A stretch of 49,374 bases of DNA from Trichomonas gallinae (Eukaryota): contig MRSU01011236.1 of the NCBI GenBank assembly GCA_008369845.1, positions 1 through 49,374 of the forward strand. The letters run 5' to 3'. Every line of letters begins with the position of its first letter. The first letter of the stretch is position 1. Made by a program: the position numbers and the translations under genes. Shown here piece by piece: positions 11,201-19,593 of this stretch. The notes beneath the pieces were generated by a model. The model did not search any database. It worked only from the letters and a program-made list of their open reading frames with translations, and was not told where the DNA came from.

Positions 11201-12744
11201 GTGATATACAAAAGCCGCCAATATCTGCTCAGCAAGAGCCAAATTCACAAGTTTCTTTCGCTAGCAATCAAACATCAGTTAATACTCAGAATCAACAAAA
11301 TGCAAGACAAGGAAAACAAACTCAATTCATAAGCTCACCAATACAACCTTCTGGAAATAATCAGCCCATTAATAAGAGCCCAAGCGTTCAATCTCCATAT
11401 AACAAACAGCAAAGTCCTGCCTTAACTTCACAGCTAGTTGTTCCCAAACCAGCAACTACAAATTATCCAATTTCACAGCCCACAACTGTCCAGCAAAAGC
11501 CATCACCGCCAATTAACTCATCCCAAAAGCCGCCAATGGCACAAAGTCCATCATTAAATCTAGGCGACAGCTCAAGCTCGGCTGAGGAATCTGTCTTCAG
11601 CAGAGAGTTGTCACCTGAAAAGCCAAGGCGTCCACCACTTCTCACGCAAAGAAGGTCTCCTGTTGTCGAAGACGAAGAGGAAGATGATGATGATTATCTT
11701 TTCTACATCACGCCAACCAGCAAAAAGTCAGAACCAATCCAGCCAATTCAAGAAGCTGAAGATGATGCAGAAGAAGAAACAACAGAGGATGATAAATTTG
11801 ACGTCTCTGACATCACTTCATCTCCTGCATCTACTTCTCGCAGGCAATACACGTCACCAATGCCTCCACCTCCACCACGCCATGGAGAGAAAAGACCACC
11901 ACCTCCTGCCCCACAGCCAGCTCCTCCTCATTCGTCTGCATCATCAATATCAGCGACATCTGCAGGCAGAGGAAAAACACGCGGAAAAACTACAATGGGT
12001 GGCAAAGGCAAATTCGCTGCTGTCAACATGTACTATACTCGCGGTGATGACAAATCTCAGACATCAACGCAAAACCAGTCACCTCAAGATCCACCTAAAC
12101 CAGTCATTGAAGAAAAGATCGAGCCACCCAAGACAGTTGTTGTCAAAGAAGAACCTCGGCCAATTGAAAAAGAAGAATCCCTTGAAGATTTCGAAGATAC
12201 GATGACATCACCTCATTATGAATCACAACATCTCATCCCTGCTTCTCAGATTCCCACTCAAAAAGCTACTAAAGCAAACAAAGTTGTGCCGATGAAGAAG
12301 AGAAAGGCTAAAGACGAATACTATGATATCGAAGACAGTGATGATGACGACTTCGCGTTCGATGAATACGACGAAGAGTTAGAAAAGCCAAGAAAGCGTG
12401 GAAGGCCGAGGAAGAATGCAATTGTCGATAAACCAAAACGTGCAGGACCTGGCAGACCTCCGAAGAATCCTGCCGCTAAGCTTAACAGTTTCAAGCCTTT
12501 GTCGAATGAAGAAATGAACACATTCTTGGCTAATTTAGATAGAGCGAATACAATACTTAACGAGAAGAAGGTTTCAAGAGTGGTCAAGAAGATAGGCAAG
12601 ATTATTGAAGAAAACGAAAAGATAGAATTGACTGATCCAGATCCGCAAATTGACTTTGCAGATCTTTCCCCAGTAACAATGCATGCATTGATAGAAATGT
12701 TGCAAATGTTCTTCAACAAATGGCATATCCCATATAATGAGTGA
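8227..12744 (+). CDS. BET-like chromatin protein: degenerate bromodomain, Q/N/M/S low-complexity region, AT-hooks, ET domain
   Basis: N-terminal NYPKIFQHPVTIDDIYDKLYTRKYQNYEEFSKEM is bromodomain-like. RKRGRPRK and GPGRPPK are AT-hooks. C-terminal LSNEEM...IGKIIEENE...QIDFADLSPVTMHAL is ET-domain-like. Confidence 0.75.
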   Translation: MFFVRDFANPLLEEMLLKIKQSPLGFLLTRESNSQFIYIMNNYPKIFQHPVTIDDIYDKLYTRKYQNYEEFSKEMKELNHNLNLISDQAHEIGDSNIDLRETKYYNAISYYIEKMLKKYESKLTLDYWESELDKYIGKINNIFNNLPSNLRANYVLACSLSNVKANKQIEALRHQKQTNTTQSQNSYVCPYITANPSNYVPRYVKKSPSPPPAPVQTFQPPAPVQMPVTQPKPQEIIQETRPIPPSPVKVYQRTASKGLPSRQNSMVIQHSENKSYSNIQQYMQNQTPSYDQQSRQSNQTISNPPQTQTDYSQKQYYANDTYRNITTSPNNMYNDNSSLMNQMQQQQNKLIQNSEKPMQQSPQTQYGYNQYTQQKLTFNQNPQNFSNSSIQNPISETHSSMRQSPMQNSPASQPKPSMNQNYTNPSNFNQNICQTPNNQTNMQQYQNTDASQPNYNYSSMQQPSQQNISNPKSSQQQFSNSGMAQSPYQNQYNSASMQTSPNLSQSPYQNQFNGQSMQTSSTMAHSPYQNPNMPHSPYQNSNMQPFSNSANMMSSPQYSNMQQTSYNTQNYMGNSSYQVPPQQQQYQILPAQRYVDQSSPQPNSYGNTNQFQSNSPNSSTIPNQQNSISFSNQQNLQNSMQMSMTSPQNSMPMKSQSPMPMNSQATNSFNNFQNSMQTSMNASLNQHNTMTSPQNSMQQNAMPMKLQSPMPMNSQNTNMYNNLQNSTQMSMNASLNQQNSLPMKSQSPMPVNTSQNSNAMANLQNSMQMSMNASLNQQNAMQMMKSPTNQPINLGQQNAMQMNSQNNMMKSPMNQSNGMNPQNSMQMNSSQNQQNSMKSPINQSNNMNQQNPMLMNSQINIKSMNQQMPNQSINQSINLNSSLNQPSSLQMNLQNNMMKNQMNQQIMTPANSMNQQSPFQMNSSTNLSSMQNSVQMIKSPPSQLNQANSLSAMHMKPQTTSMAMMSPASNSNTSSNTPQNNISPINAQSTSSDIQKPPISAQQEPNSQVSFASNQTSVNTQNQQNARQGKQTQFISSPIQPSGNNQPINKSPSVQSPYNKQQSPALTSQLVVPKPATTNYPISQPTTVQQKPSPPINSSQKPPMAQSPSLNLGDSSSSAEESVFSRELSPEKPRRPPLLTQRRSPVVEDEEEDDDDYLFYITPTSKKSEPIQPIQEAEDDAEEETTEDDKFDVSDITSSPASTSRRQYTSPMPPPPPRHGEKRPPPPAPQPAPPHSSASSISATSAGRGKTRGKTTMGGKGKFAAVNMYYTRGDDKSQTSTQNQSPQDPPKPVIEEKIEPPKTVVVKEEPRPIEKEESLEDFEDTMTSPHYESQHLIPASQIPTQKATKANKVVPMKKRKAKDEYYDIEDSDDDDFAFDEYDEELEKPRKRGRPRKNAIVDKPKRAGPGRPPKNPAAKLNSFKPLSNEEMNTFLANLDRANTILNEKKVSRVVKKIGKIIEENEKIELTDPDPQIDFADLSPVTMHALIEMLQMFFNKWHIPYNE

Positions 12745-12838
12745 TATGCACTAATATTATTAATAAAAATTGTATGTACATCAAATTTTAATAACTTAGA
12801 GCATCTATTTATTTTAATTAAAGTTCGACTTCATTTAA

Positions 12839-13078
12839 GGGTCCGCTCCGGCCAAATAGCGGTCTATCGTCTATTTTTGGATGACCTCTCCAAAAGTGAG
12901 TATTAGGGTCGATTAATTAAAAAAATTAAGCGAGAGAATTATTTTTTAGATGATTTAATAACCACCTACAAAGTGGTGCATATTGTTAGCGCATTAGATA
13001 TCTTCAAAAAGTGAGTTTATTTTTCTGGGCAAAACGATAATTTTCAATACAGCATTGAAAAATTGAGTCCGCTATTTG
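12839..13078. mobile_element. Kolobok-like non-autonomous element (MITE), copy 1, one end truncated
   Basis: Begins TTAA|GGGTCCGCTCCGGCCAAATAGCG and is the reverse complement of 18879-19126 at high identity. It breaks off after GCTATTTG, lacking the outer part of the second TIR. Confidence 0.8.
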
Positions 13079-13148
13079 ACGTCAAAACCGTTTGACATGG
13101 CAATTCGATGAATTCAATATTGTCAGTTTGATAAATCTGTCATTAAAA

Positions 13149-13485
13149 ATGTTTTTGCTGCTTAGTTTATGTGCTTAACAACGTCAGAAGCCTTATTATT
13201 CTAGACCAGCTAAGTGTGAAAAAAAATTGTCCAGGTATTCATTGGCGTGATGCTGAAGGTTATCATTCTTATTCTTGCATGTCAAGAAGGCATTGCTCTG
13301 GACACACAACATATAACAATGGAACTACAGTCTATTGGAGCTCTTCAAATTATCCGAAGGATAAGCACATTACCAAGATCGTTCTGCCAAAGAAGCCTAA
13401 TGAACTAGTTGCTCATTGTCCATGGGATTACAAATATCAAAAGAAGTCTAATGGAATATCTGCTCATTGCTATTGGGTTATTTAA
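13149..13485 (+). pseudogene. Disrupted gene for a small secreted Cys-containing protein
   Basis: Inr TCATT, then ATG at 13149 encoding MFLLLSLCA, then in-frame TAA (13176-13178). The frame continues QRQKPYYSRPAKCEK and shifts in an A8 run (13219-13226) into the listed ORF NCPGIHW...HCYWVI. Confidence 0.65.
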
Positions 13486-13993
13486 TACTAAAAGGATATT
13501 TTGTTCAAAATAATTTGAATTATTTTTCATTACAATTTAAAACAAAGTCAATATGCCATATATCATAATATCTTTTGTAATGTAGTGATCTTCCACGCAT
13601 CATTTCTATTAAAAGACTTTCTTTCCCATAATCTCGATTTCTATTTTCGAAAATTCCCTTCTTTCATTGCAAATATTAAATTATACATATATAAATCTTC
13701 CATTGTTATGATTAAACCTCTCATTTTTATTTAATATTTAATTTCAAAGTCTAATAATATCCATTTTCGTGGTAAATATGAATTTGGATAATAGCTGCGA
13801 CAATACGATAAAACTGATTTTAACGAATTTCCATAAGTAGCCAGGCTAATAAAAAGATTCCTTGTTCAGGCCAAAATCACTAAACGTATTGTCAGTAAAT
13901 AGTGCACAGAGTGCTGATATATGACTAATGACTAAAATATCACGTTTCTTATAAATTCACAGAAAAAAACAATTCATTTTTTTCATTTTATTA

Positions 13994-14548
13994 ATGAGCT
14001 TGCTTGGATATTTGAGGAAGCTGAAGATGAAAGAAAAAGAAATGCGAATTTTGTTCCTCGGACTTGATAACGCAGGTAAATCATCAGTAATCAAATCTTT
14101 TCTTGGTGAATCAATAGAAGAACTGTCTCCAACGCTTGGCTTCGAAATCAAAACATTGGAAACAAATGATTATAGAGTGAATTGCTGGGATATCGGAGGA
14201 CAATCAACAATTCGATCTTATTGGAGAAATTATTTCGAAACAACAGATGGAATTGTTTGGGTTGTTGATTCAACAGATAGGAACAGAATGGCTGACTGTA
14301 AAAGAGAGTTAGATTCTGTTTTGAAACAAGAAAAACTTGCTGGCGTCACATTACTTGTTTTCGCAAATAAACAAGACATAAATGGTGCACTAACACCCAA
14401 GCAGATATCAGAAATACTTGATTTGGATGCAATTACGTTCAGACATTGGGCGATTTTCAATTGTAGCGCATTGACACACGAGGGAATTGAAGATGGATTT
14501 AAATGGATAGTTGATGACATATCCTCGCGTTTATTCACTCATCCATAA
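13994..14548 (+). CDS. ARL2: ADP-ribosylation factor-like GTPase 2
   Basis: ILFLGLDNAGKS, SPTLGFEIKT, WDIGGQ, IRSYWRNYFETTDG, FANKQD and an LRKLKMKEKEMR N-terminus typical of ARL2. TCATT Inr upstream. Confidence 0.92.
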   Translation: MSLLGYLRKLKMKEKEMRILFLGLDNAGKSSVIKSFLGESIEELSPTLGFEIKTLETNDYRVNCWDIGGQSTIRSYWRNYFETTDGIVWVVDSTDRNRMADCKRELDSVLKQEKLAGVTLLVFANKQDINGALTPKQISEILDLDAITFRHWAIFNCSALTHEGIEDGFKWIVDDISSRLFTHP

Positions 14549-14966
14549 TTCAATTTAGAATTATTTTTATTGATTTCAACATATTTAAGTATTACAAACT
14601 AATGTACAAGTCTAATATAAAAATAATTTACATCTATTTTAATCTAATAAACATATTTGTAAAATTGATGGTATTTTTTAATTTGAACACATTTGTATGT
14701 GTGTAATGAATTTTCTGTCTTATATAAATTTATATAATAAGAATACTAGGATTGATTTTAACATTTAAAAAAATAATAATAAAATTGATTTTATTTAAGC
14801 TAGCTAAAGAGATTGTGATTTTTGTCTGATCTTTGATGCATTTTCTCAATTTTTTGAAAATTATAAAATATTGGAAATCAATTAACGAATTCGATAGATA
14901 TCACATCTCATAATTATCATAGAATTTTAAAAATTGGTGATATTCGTATGGATAAAATGATAAGTT

Positions 14967-17900
14967 TTATATGTTAAGAAGTTGACAACATAAGTCAACT
15001 ACATCGTCGATTTTCTGTGTTAATGGAAGAGGAATTCCAAAGTAGTCGATTGTAATTCTTGCTATTTCGTCTTTCTTTCCATGTTCTTTCAGAGAAGTTA
15101 CAACATTTTTAAGTTGCTTTGGAGATCTGATTGCTTTGACTATCTGCTCGAATCTCTGAGTTCCAGCGAACATGTGGGCCTCCTTTCTTTCTATTATCTG
15201 ATCAATTGCTGCCATCGGCAACTCTCCGTCATCGCTCATCATCGCTTTCGCGCTGGAAACAATAGAAGGCTTCTTTGATGCAAGTCCGAAGCTCATGTCT
15301 CCTGTTTCTTGGATTAACTTGAGTTCCATTTCTTCGTCTAGAAGCTCACTCCATAACTGAGCGTTATCTTTCAATGCATCTTGGCGCATCTTGAAAGCTG
15401 ACAAAGCAAAATTATAAGCGATTTCAGGATTCATCAGTTTGATATTTCTCAGCTGCTTTATTAAATTCATCATTAAATAGAAATCAGTGCTTACAGACTG
15501 AAAATCCTTTGATATATCAAGCAATGTTTTGTTTGTCTCGACTTTTCCAGTTGCTGAAAGGAAGCTGCGAGTGTACATGTCAGAATAAGCAGAAGGAATA
15601 TCAGAGAAAGTTGAGAAAGTATTTAATGAGTTGTAAATTTCTTTGCTGTCTTTAGACTGAGAAATTAGTTTCAATACTCTTGCTAACAATTCTTGCTTTT
15701 CTTTTTCGCTAACCAGTTTCTTTGCTTCTAAGCTATTAATTGTGTCAATATAAACATTTAGATTTTGGAGATCGCATATGATATATTTGGAGATCAGATT
15801 AACTATTGGCTCGGAAAGCTTTGATTTCGCAAATTCAGTGGCGTCAGCATTATCTGTATTAATAATGAAATTGAGAAGATTTGCATCGTTGATTTGAACA
15901 CTTTCATTAATAACTTCTTTCTCTTTGCATTCGATGAATTTCGCGATGTACTTTGGCTGGCAGTTTATGATGGCTTGATTGCAAATAGCAGATTTCTGGG
16001 CCTTGTCGCTCCATTTGTCTGACATCAGGTAGCTAGCCATTGCATTCTCTGATAAAGCCGTTCCTTTTGTAATAAGAGAAACGCCAAAATCAATGTCACC
16101 TTTCTCAAGAGCGAGTTTTGCGAAGAAATCATTGATTTGCATAATATCGATTTTTCCTATCTTTTTCGCTATTGTTTGCGCCTTGTTATACAAGTCTTTG
16201 ATATTCTGCGTGTTTTTATGCTTTGAGAGAACAGATAGCAAAAGTGCGGAGGGATCTTCAGCTGTGTCAATTATGCTTGGTGTCATTGTAGGATCCAATT
16301 CACTGAATGCATCGTAAGCCATTAATTTGTTGAACAGCTGCTTGACAATTGGTGGAGCTATGTCATCTGGTATCATTCCTAGATACTGTACAGCACTGCT
16401 CAAGTTTTCATCTTTAAGGCTGCATGATCTTGCGTTCTTCAAGCATTTCGTGACATGCTCTAAAGCCATGTCAATTTCCTTAGTTGTTGTAATTTCGATT
16501 TCCGACCATTCTCTTAATGCAAGCATTGCTCTGTATGTTGCGCTCTTGATCGCTGCCTTGAACTCTGGTGATGGTTTGTTCTTCATTATCTTCTTCGACA
16601 ATGTTGTAAATTCTTTCCATGACTCAAGGCTCAGCTTGGGATCGAGAATTAATTTGTCAGCAACTGACAAAATCAAATCTGACATTTGCTTCTCCATCAT
16701 TACTTTGAATGTTTCACTTTTCGCGGTCCTGTTATGATACTTGATCAGGTTTAATGTGTCTTTAATTGTTTCCGAGAGCGTCCATGATGACTCTAATGCG
16801 TCAATGTTCGGTTGTGTCAACAAAATAGTCGAAGACTTGAGAATTTGTTCAGCGAGTGTCTGCTTGTTTTGGAAAACATTTAATATCGTAGCAACACTTT
16901 TGATGCGGTCAATCTCTGTTTGAGACTTAAACATCGATGGATCCTGCGATAAAATGGAAGAGCAGAGTTCAATGATAGCCTGTGATGTTGTGATTTTCAT
17001 TGCGTGATTTTTGATGATGTCTGCAGCTTCTTTTCCGTTTGCGCAATCTTGGACAAATAATAGAAGTTTATCGTAATCGCTCGTCATCATGAATTCCTTG
17101 AGACTCATCGTTCTCGCTGCATCAGCGCACGACGAAGAGACAACAAACTCATCAAACAAAATTGCGCTGTTTAACATGTTAGTTAAGTCTTTGAATTGTG
17201 CCGCACCGATTTTGAGGAGCTCGACGATTATATCTGTCTGCCCAATTCTCTCGTCAATTTCGAAAGCTCTGTCTCTGAAGTATTCAACGCTTTTCGGCAT
17301 CAAGCACTCGTAGTTGGCTGGCGGGAAGAACGGAGATATTGAGTAAATTATTTCATCTTTCTCTTTCTGAGTGATTTCTTTTGACTCTGCGAAAACAACA
17401 GATATGTCTTTGAACTGGCCTTGTTTCGCCCATGTCTTCAACATCTTCTTCAAATCGCAGCTCTTGAAGTCCTTCCATTCGGACTGTAGGAAGCTCGTGC
17501 GTGGGAGTTTAGTGAATATTCTTAGTCTTTCGCGCATCGAAAGCAAATTTTTGTCATTCGGTTTGACCCTTAATCCTTCAGATATCAAAGCTGATTCAAT
17601 TTCAGTGCTCATGGCTGGTGTCGTCGTGCAGAAGTTGTAGACGTAGTCTTTGTCCTTGATCTTCCTTAAATGCTCGTCAATGGACCTGCGAGTGAGTTCA
17701 TTGTTCGTAATAAATGTCTTATGGTATATATCTGCATCAAAATTGTAAATTTCAATGAATTTCGCTGCTTCACTCCACATGGAATTTTCGCAGCTGCGGA
17801 GATATAAGTCGTATGGATCGACAGAATCAAACTTGATTATATCAAAATGCGTTTTCCTGTTGATAACACTTTGCGGATCGAACATTAAAAATCCAGTTGG

Positions 17901-18743
17901 TAGATATCGCAAAACGCAATCCGGTTTGATGTTTTTAGAGCGTACTCTTGTGCCTGACTTGTCGTAGAATGAAATTGTTCCGTATGTATTTAATGTCAAA
18001 TAAAAATCATCTTTCCATGGCAAAACTTGAGTAGAACCTGTTGTATTGTATACTTTTGGCTTACTAAAGCCATCATCTTTTGATAAAATTGTAACTTTAT
18101 TTTGATTATCAAGAATGTAAATTTTGTTACCTGAAACTGAGCAAGAAATGTCTTTTAATGCCTCAAATTTAGTATCAGGATTGATAGAATTTCGCTGATT
18201 GTCTAAAATAAATAAATATTTCGCGCCTAAGCATAAAATATTTTGCGAATACGATAAATGTGTCCATTCTGGAACCTCTATTGGGGTTAATTCAGTTTTT
18301 TCAAGAAAATGTATATGTGTTTTTGAAATTCCAATGAGATTTTCGTTAATTACAGCTAATCGAATAATTTTTTGTTGATTTGGTGATGAACCTGAATACG
18401 TAAAGGCTTTAGTGTAGTATTTTATTTCTTTATCTGATAATAAAACTATCGAATCTTTTTTTGATAAGTATGCAATATCTATAAAATTGTCAGCTAAATT
18501 GATAAATGTAGCATTTCCATCGGATAATGAGATTTTATAAAGTTGAGTGCCTATTAACATAACGCATAAGCTTAAATCTTGGCTATATGCGAATTTAAAT
18601 ACATCATTCCATGTAACATTAGCGCTAGATGTAAATATACTCTTTATAATCGAATATATAGAAGCACCTGATGTTATTTCTTCCAATGAGAAAGCTCCAA
18701 AATCTTTCTTCAGAGGAATCTCATCAAAATCAATTTCATTCAT
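14967..18743 (-). CDS. NBAS/Sec39-like tethering complex subunit
   Basis: Probable start MNEIDF at 18743, because the longer ORF runs into the MITE. DLYLRSCENSMWSEAAKFIEIYNFDADIYHK...IDEHLRKIKDKDYV and YFRDRAFEIDERIGQTDIIVELLKIG match conserved NBAS blocks; the N-terminus is beta-rich. Confidence 0.72.
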   Translation of the reverse strand: MNEIDFDEIPLKKDFGAFSLEEITSGASIYSIIKSIFTSSANVTWNDVFKFAYSQDLSLCVMLIGTQLYKISLSDGNATFINLADNFIDIAYLSKKDSIVLLSDKEIKYYTKAFTYSGSSPNQQKIIRLAVINENLIGISKTHIHFLEKTELTPIEVPEWTHLSYSQNILCLGAKYLFILDNQRNSINPDTKFEALKDISCSVSGNKIYILDNQNKVTILSKDDGFSKPKVYNTTGSTQVLPWKDDFYLTLNTYGTISFYDKSGTRVRSKNIKPDCVLRYLPTGFLMFDPQSVINRKTHFDIIKFDSVDPYDLYLRSCENSMWSEAAKFIEIYNFDADIYHKTFITNNELTRRSIDEHLRKIKDKDYVYNFCTTTPAMSTEIESALISEGLRVKPNDKNLLSMRERLRIFTKLPRTSFLQSEWKDFKSCDLKKMLKTWAKQGQFKDISVVFAESKEITQKEKDEIIYSISPFFPPANYECLMPKSVEYFRDRAFEIDERIGQTDIIVELLKIGAAQFKDLTNMLNSAILFDEFVVSSSCADAARTMSLKEFMMTSDYDKLLLFVQDCANGKEAADIIKNHAMKITTSQAIIELCSSILSQDPSMFKSQTEIDRIKSVATILNVFQNKQTLAEQILKSSTILLTQPNIDALESSWTLSETIKDTLNLIKYHNRTAKSETFKVMMEKQMSDLILSVADKLILDPKLSLESWKEFTTLSKKIMKNKPSPEFKAAIKSATYRAMLALREWSEIEITTTKEIDMALEHVTKCLKNARSCSLKDENLSSAVQYLGMIPDDIAPPIVKQLFNKLMAYDAFSELDPTMTPSIIDTAEDPSALLLSVLSKHKNTQNIKDLYNKAQTIAKKIGKIDIMQINDFFAKLALEKGDIDFGVSLITKGTALSENAMASYLMSDKWSDKAQKSAICNQAIINCQPKYIAKFIECKEKEVINESVQINDANLLNFIINTDNADATEFAKSKLSEPIVNLISKYIICDLQNLNVYIDTINSLEAKKLVSEKEKQELLARVLKLISQSKDSKEIYNSLNTFSTFSDIPSAYSDMYTRSFLSATGKVETNKTLLDISKDFQSVSTDFYLMMNLIKQLRNIKLMNPEIAYNFALSAFKMRQDALKDNAQLWSELLDEEMELKLIQETGDMSFGLASKKPSIVSSAKAMMSDDGELPMAAIDQIIERKEAHMFAGTQRFEQIVKAIRSPKQLKNVVTSLKEHGKKDEIARITIDYFGIPLPLTQKIDDVVDLCCQLLNI

Positions 18744-18878
18744 TAATAATAAATTGGCTATTTTATAAAAATCTCTCAAGAAAATCATATAGAAAGGCCA
18801 AAATAGTCGTGTAAAAGACAGGATTTGATTTTTCAAAAATCTGCCATGTAAATTTACATGTAAATTTATTAGTTTTAA

Positions 18879-19126
18879 GGGTCCACTACGCGACCAAATA
18901 GCGATCACAATTTTTCAATGCTGTATTGAAAATTATCGTTTTGCCCAGAAAAATAAACTCACTTTTTGAAGATATCTAATGCGTTAACAATATGCATCAT
19001 TTTGTAGATGGTTATAGCATCATCTAAAAAATAATTCTCTCGCTTAATTTTTTAATTAATCGGCCCAAATACTCATTTTTGGAAAGGTCATCCAAAAAAT
19101 AGACGATATTTGGCAGGAGCAGACCC
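18879..19126. mobile_element. Kolobok-like non-autonomous element (MITE), complete copy, 248 bp
   Basis: TTAA on both sides (18875-18878, 19127-19130). Imperfect TIRs GGGTCCACTACGCGACCAAATA / TATTTGGCAGGAGCAGACCC. GG...CC termini with TTAA fit Kolobok rather than piggyBac (CC...GG). No transposase. Confidence 0.85.
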
Positions 19127-19593
19127 TTAATAACATAGATTAAACAAGAAGCTCATCGGAAAGAACGGTTTTTCGAACATCCCTGCAGAGATAACGAGCT
19201 ATTCTTTATTTTACAATTTTCAAAAAAAAATTTGACAAGTGTCAAATCTGTCATGTAAATAATAGTTCAATAATATATATTTTTGTTTTTCTAGAGATAA
19301 TTTTCCATTATATTTCATTTTTAATAATACAATATTAATCATCTTATTTAGTGTTTTGCAATGCAATAGTTCAGACATGCATAAATAGTATTTCGTGTAT
19401 TATTTTTTTGCCAAATTGAAGAATTCTGACATGTAATTATTATAATTTATTTTGATTTCTAGAGCTAAATATAGATTGTTGCAGGTTTTTAATAATATAA
19501 ATTTAACCACAAAAAGAAGTATTCTACTATATGGTAGTTTAAACATGCTCATAGCAAAAAAAATTTTTCACGCGCCAAAAAAAAAAAATATAA

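Noticed and set aside
18879..19126. piggyBac assignment of the TTAA-flanked element
   Set aside because: Termini are GGG...CCC, the opposite of piggyBac CC...GG ends; Kolobok fits better.
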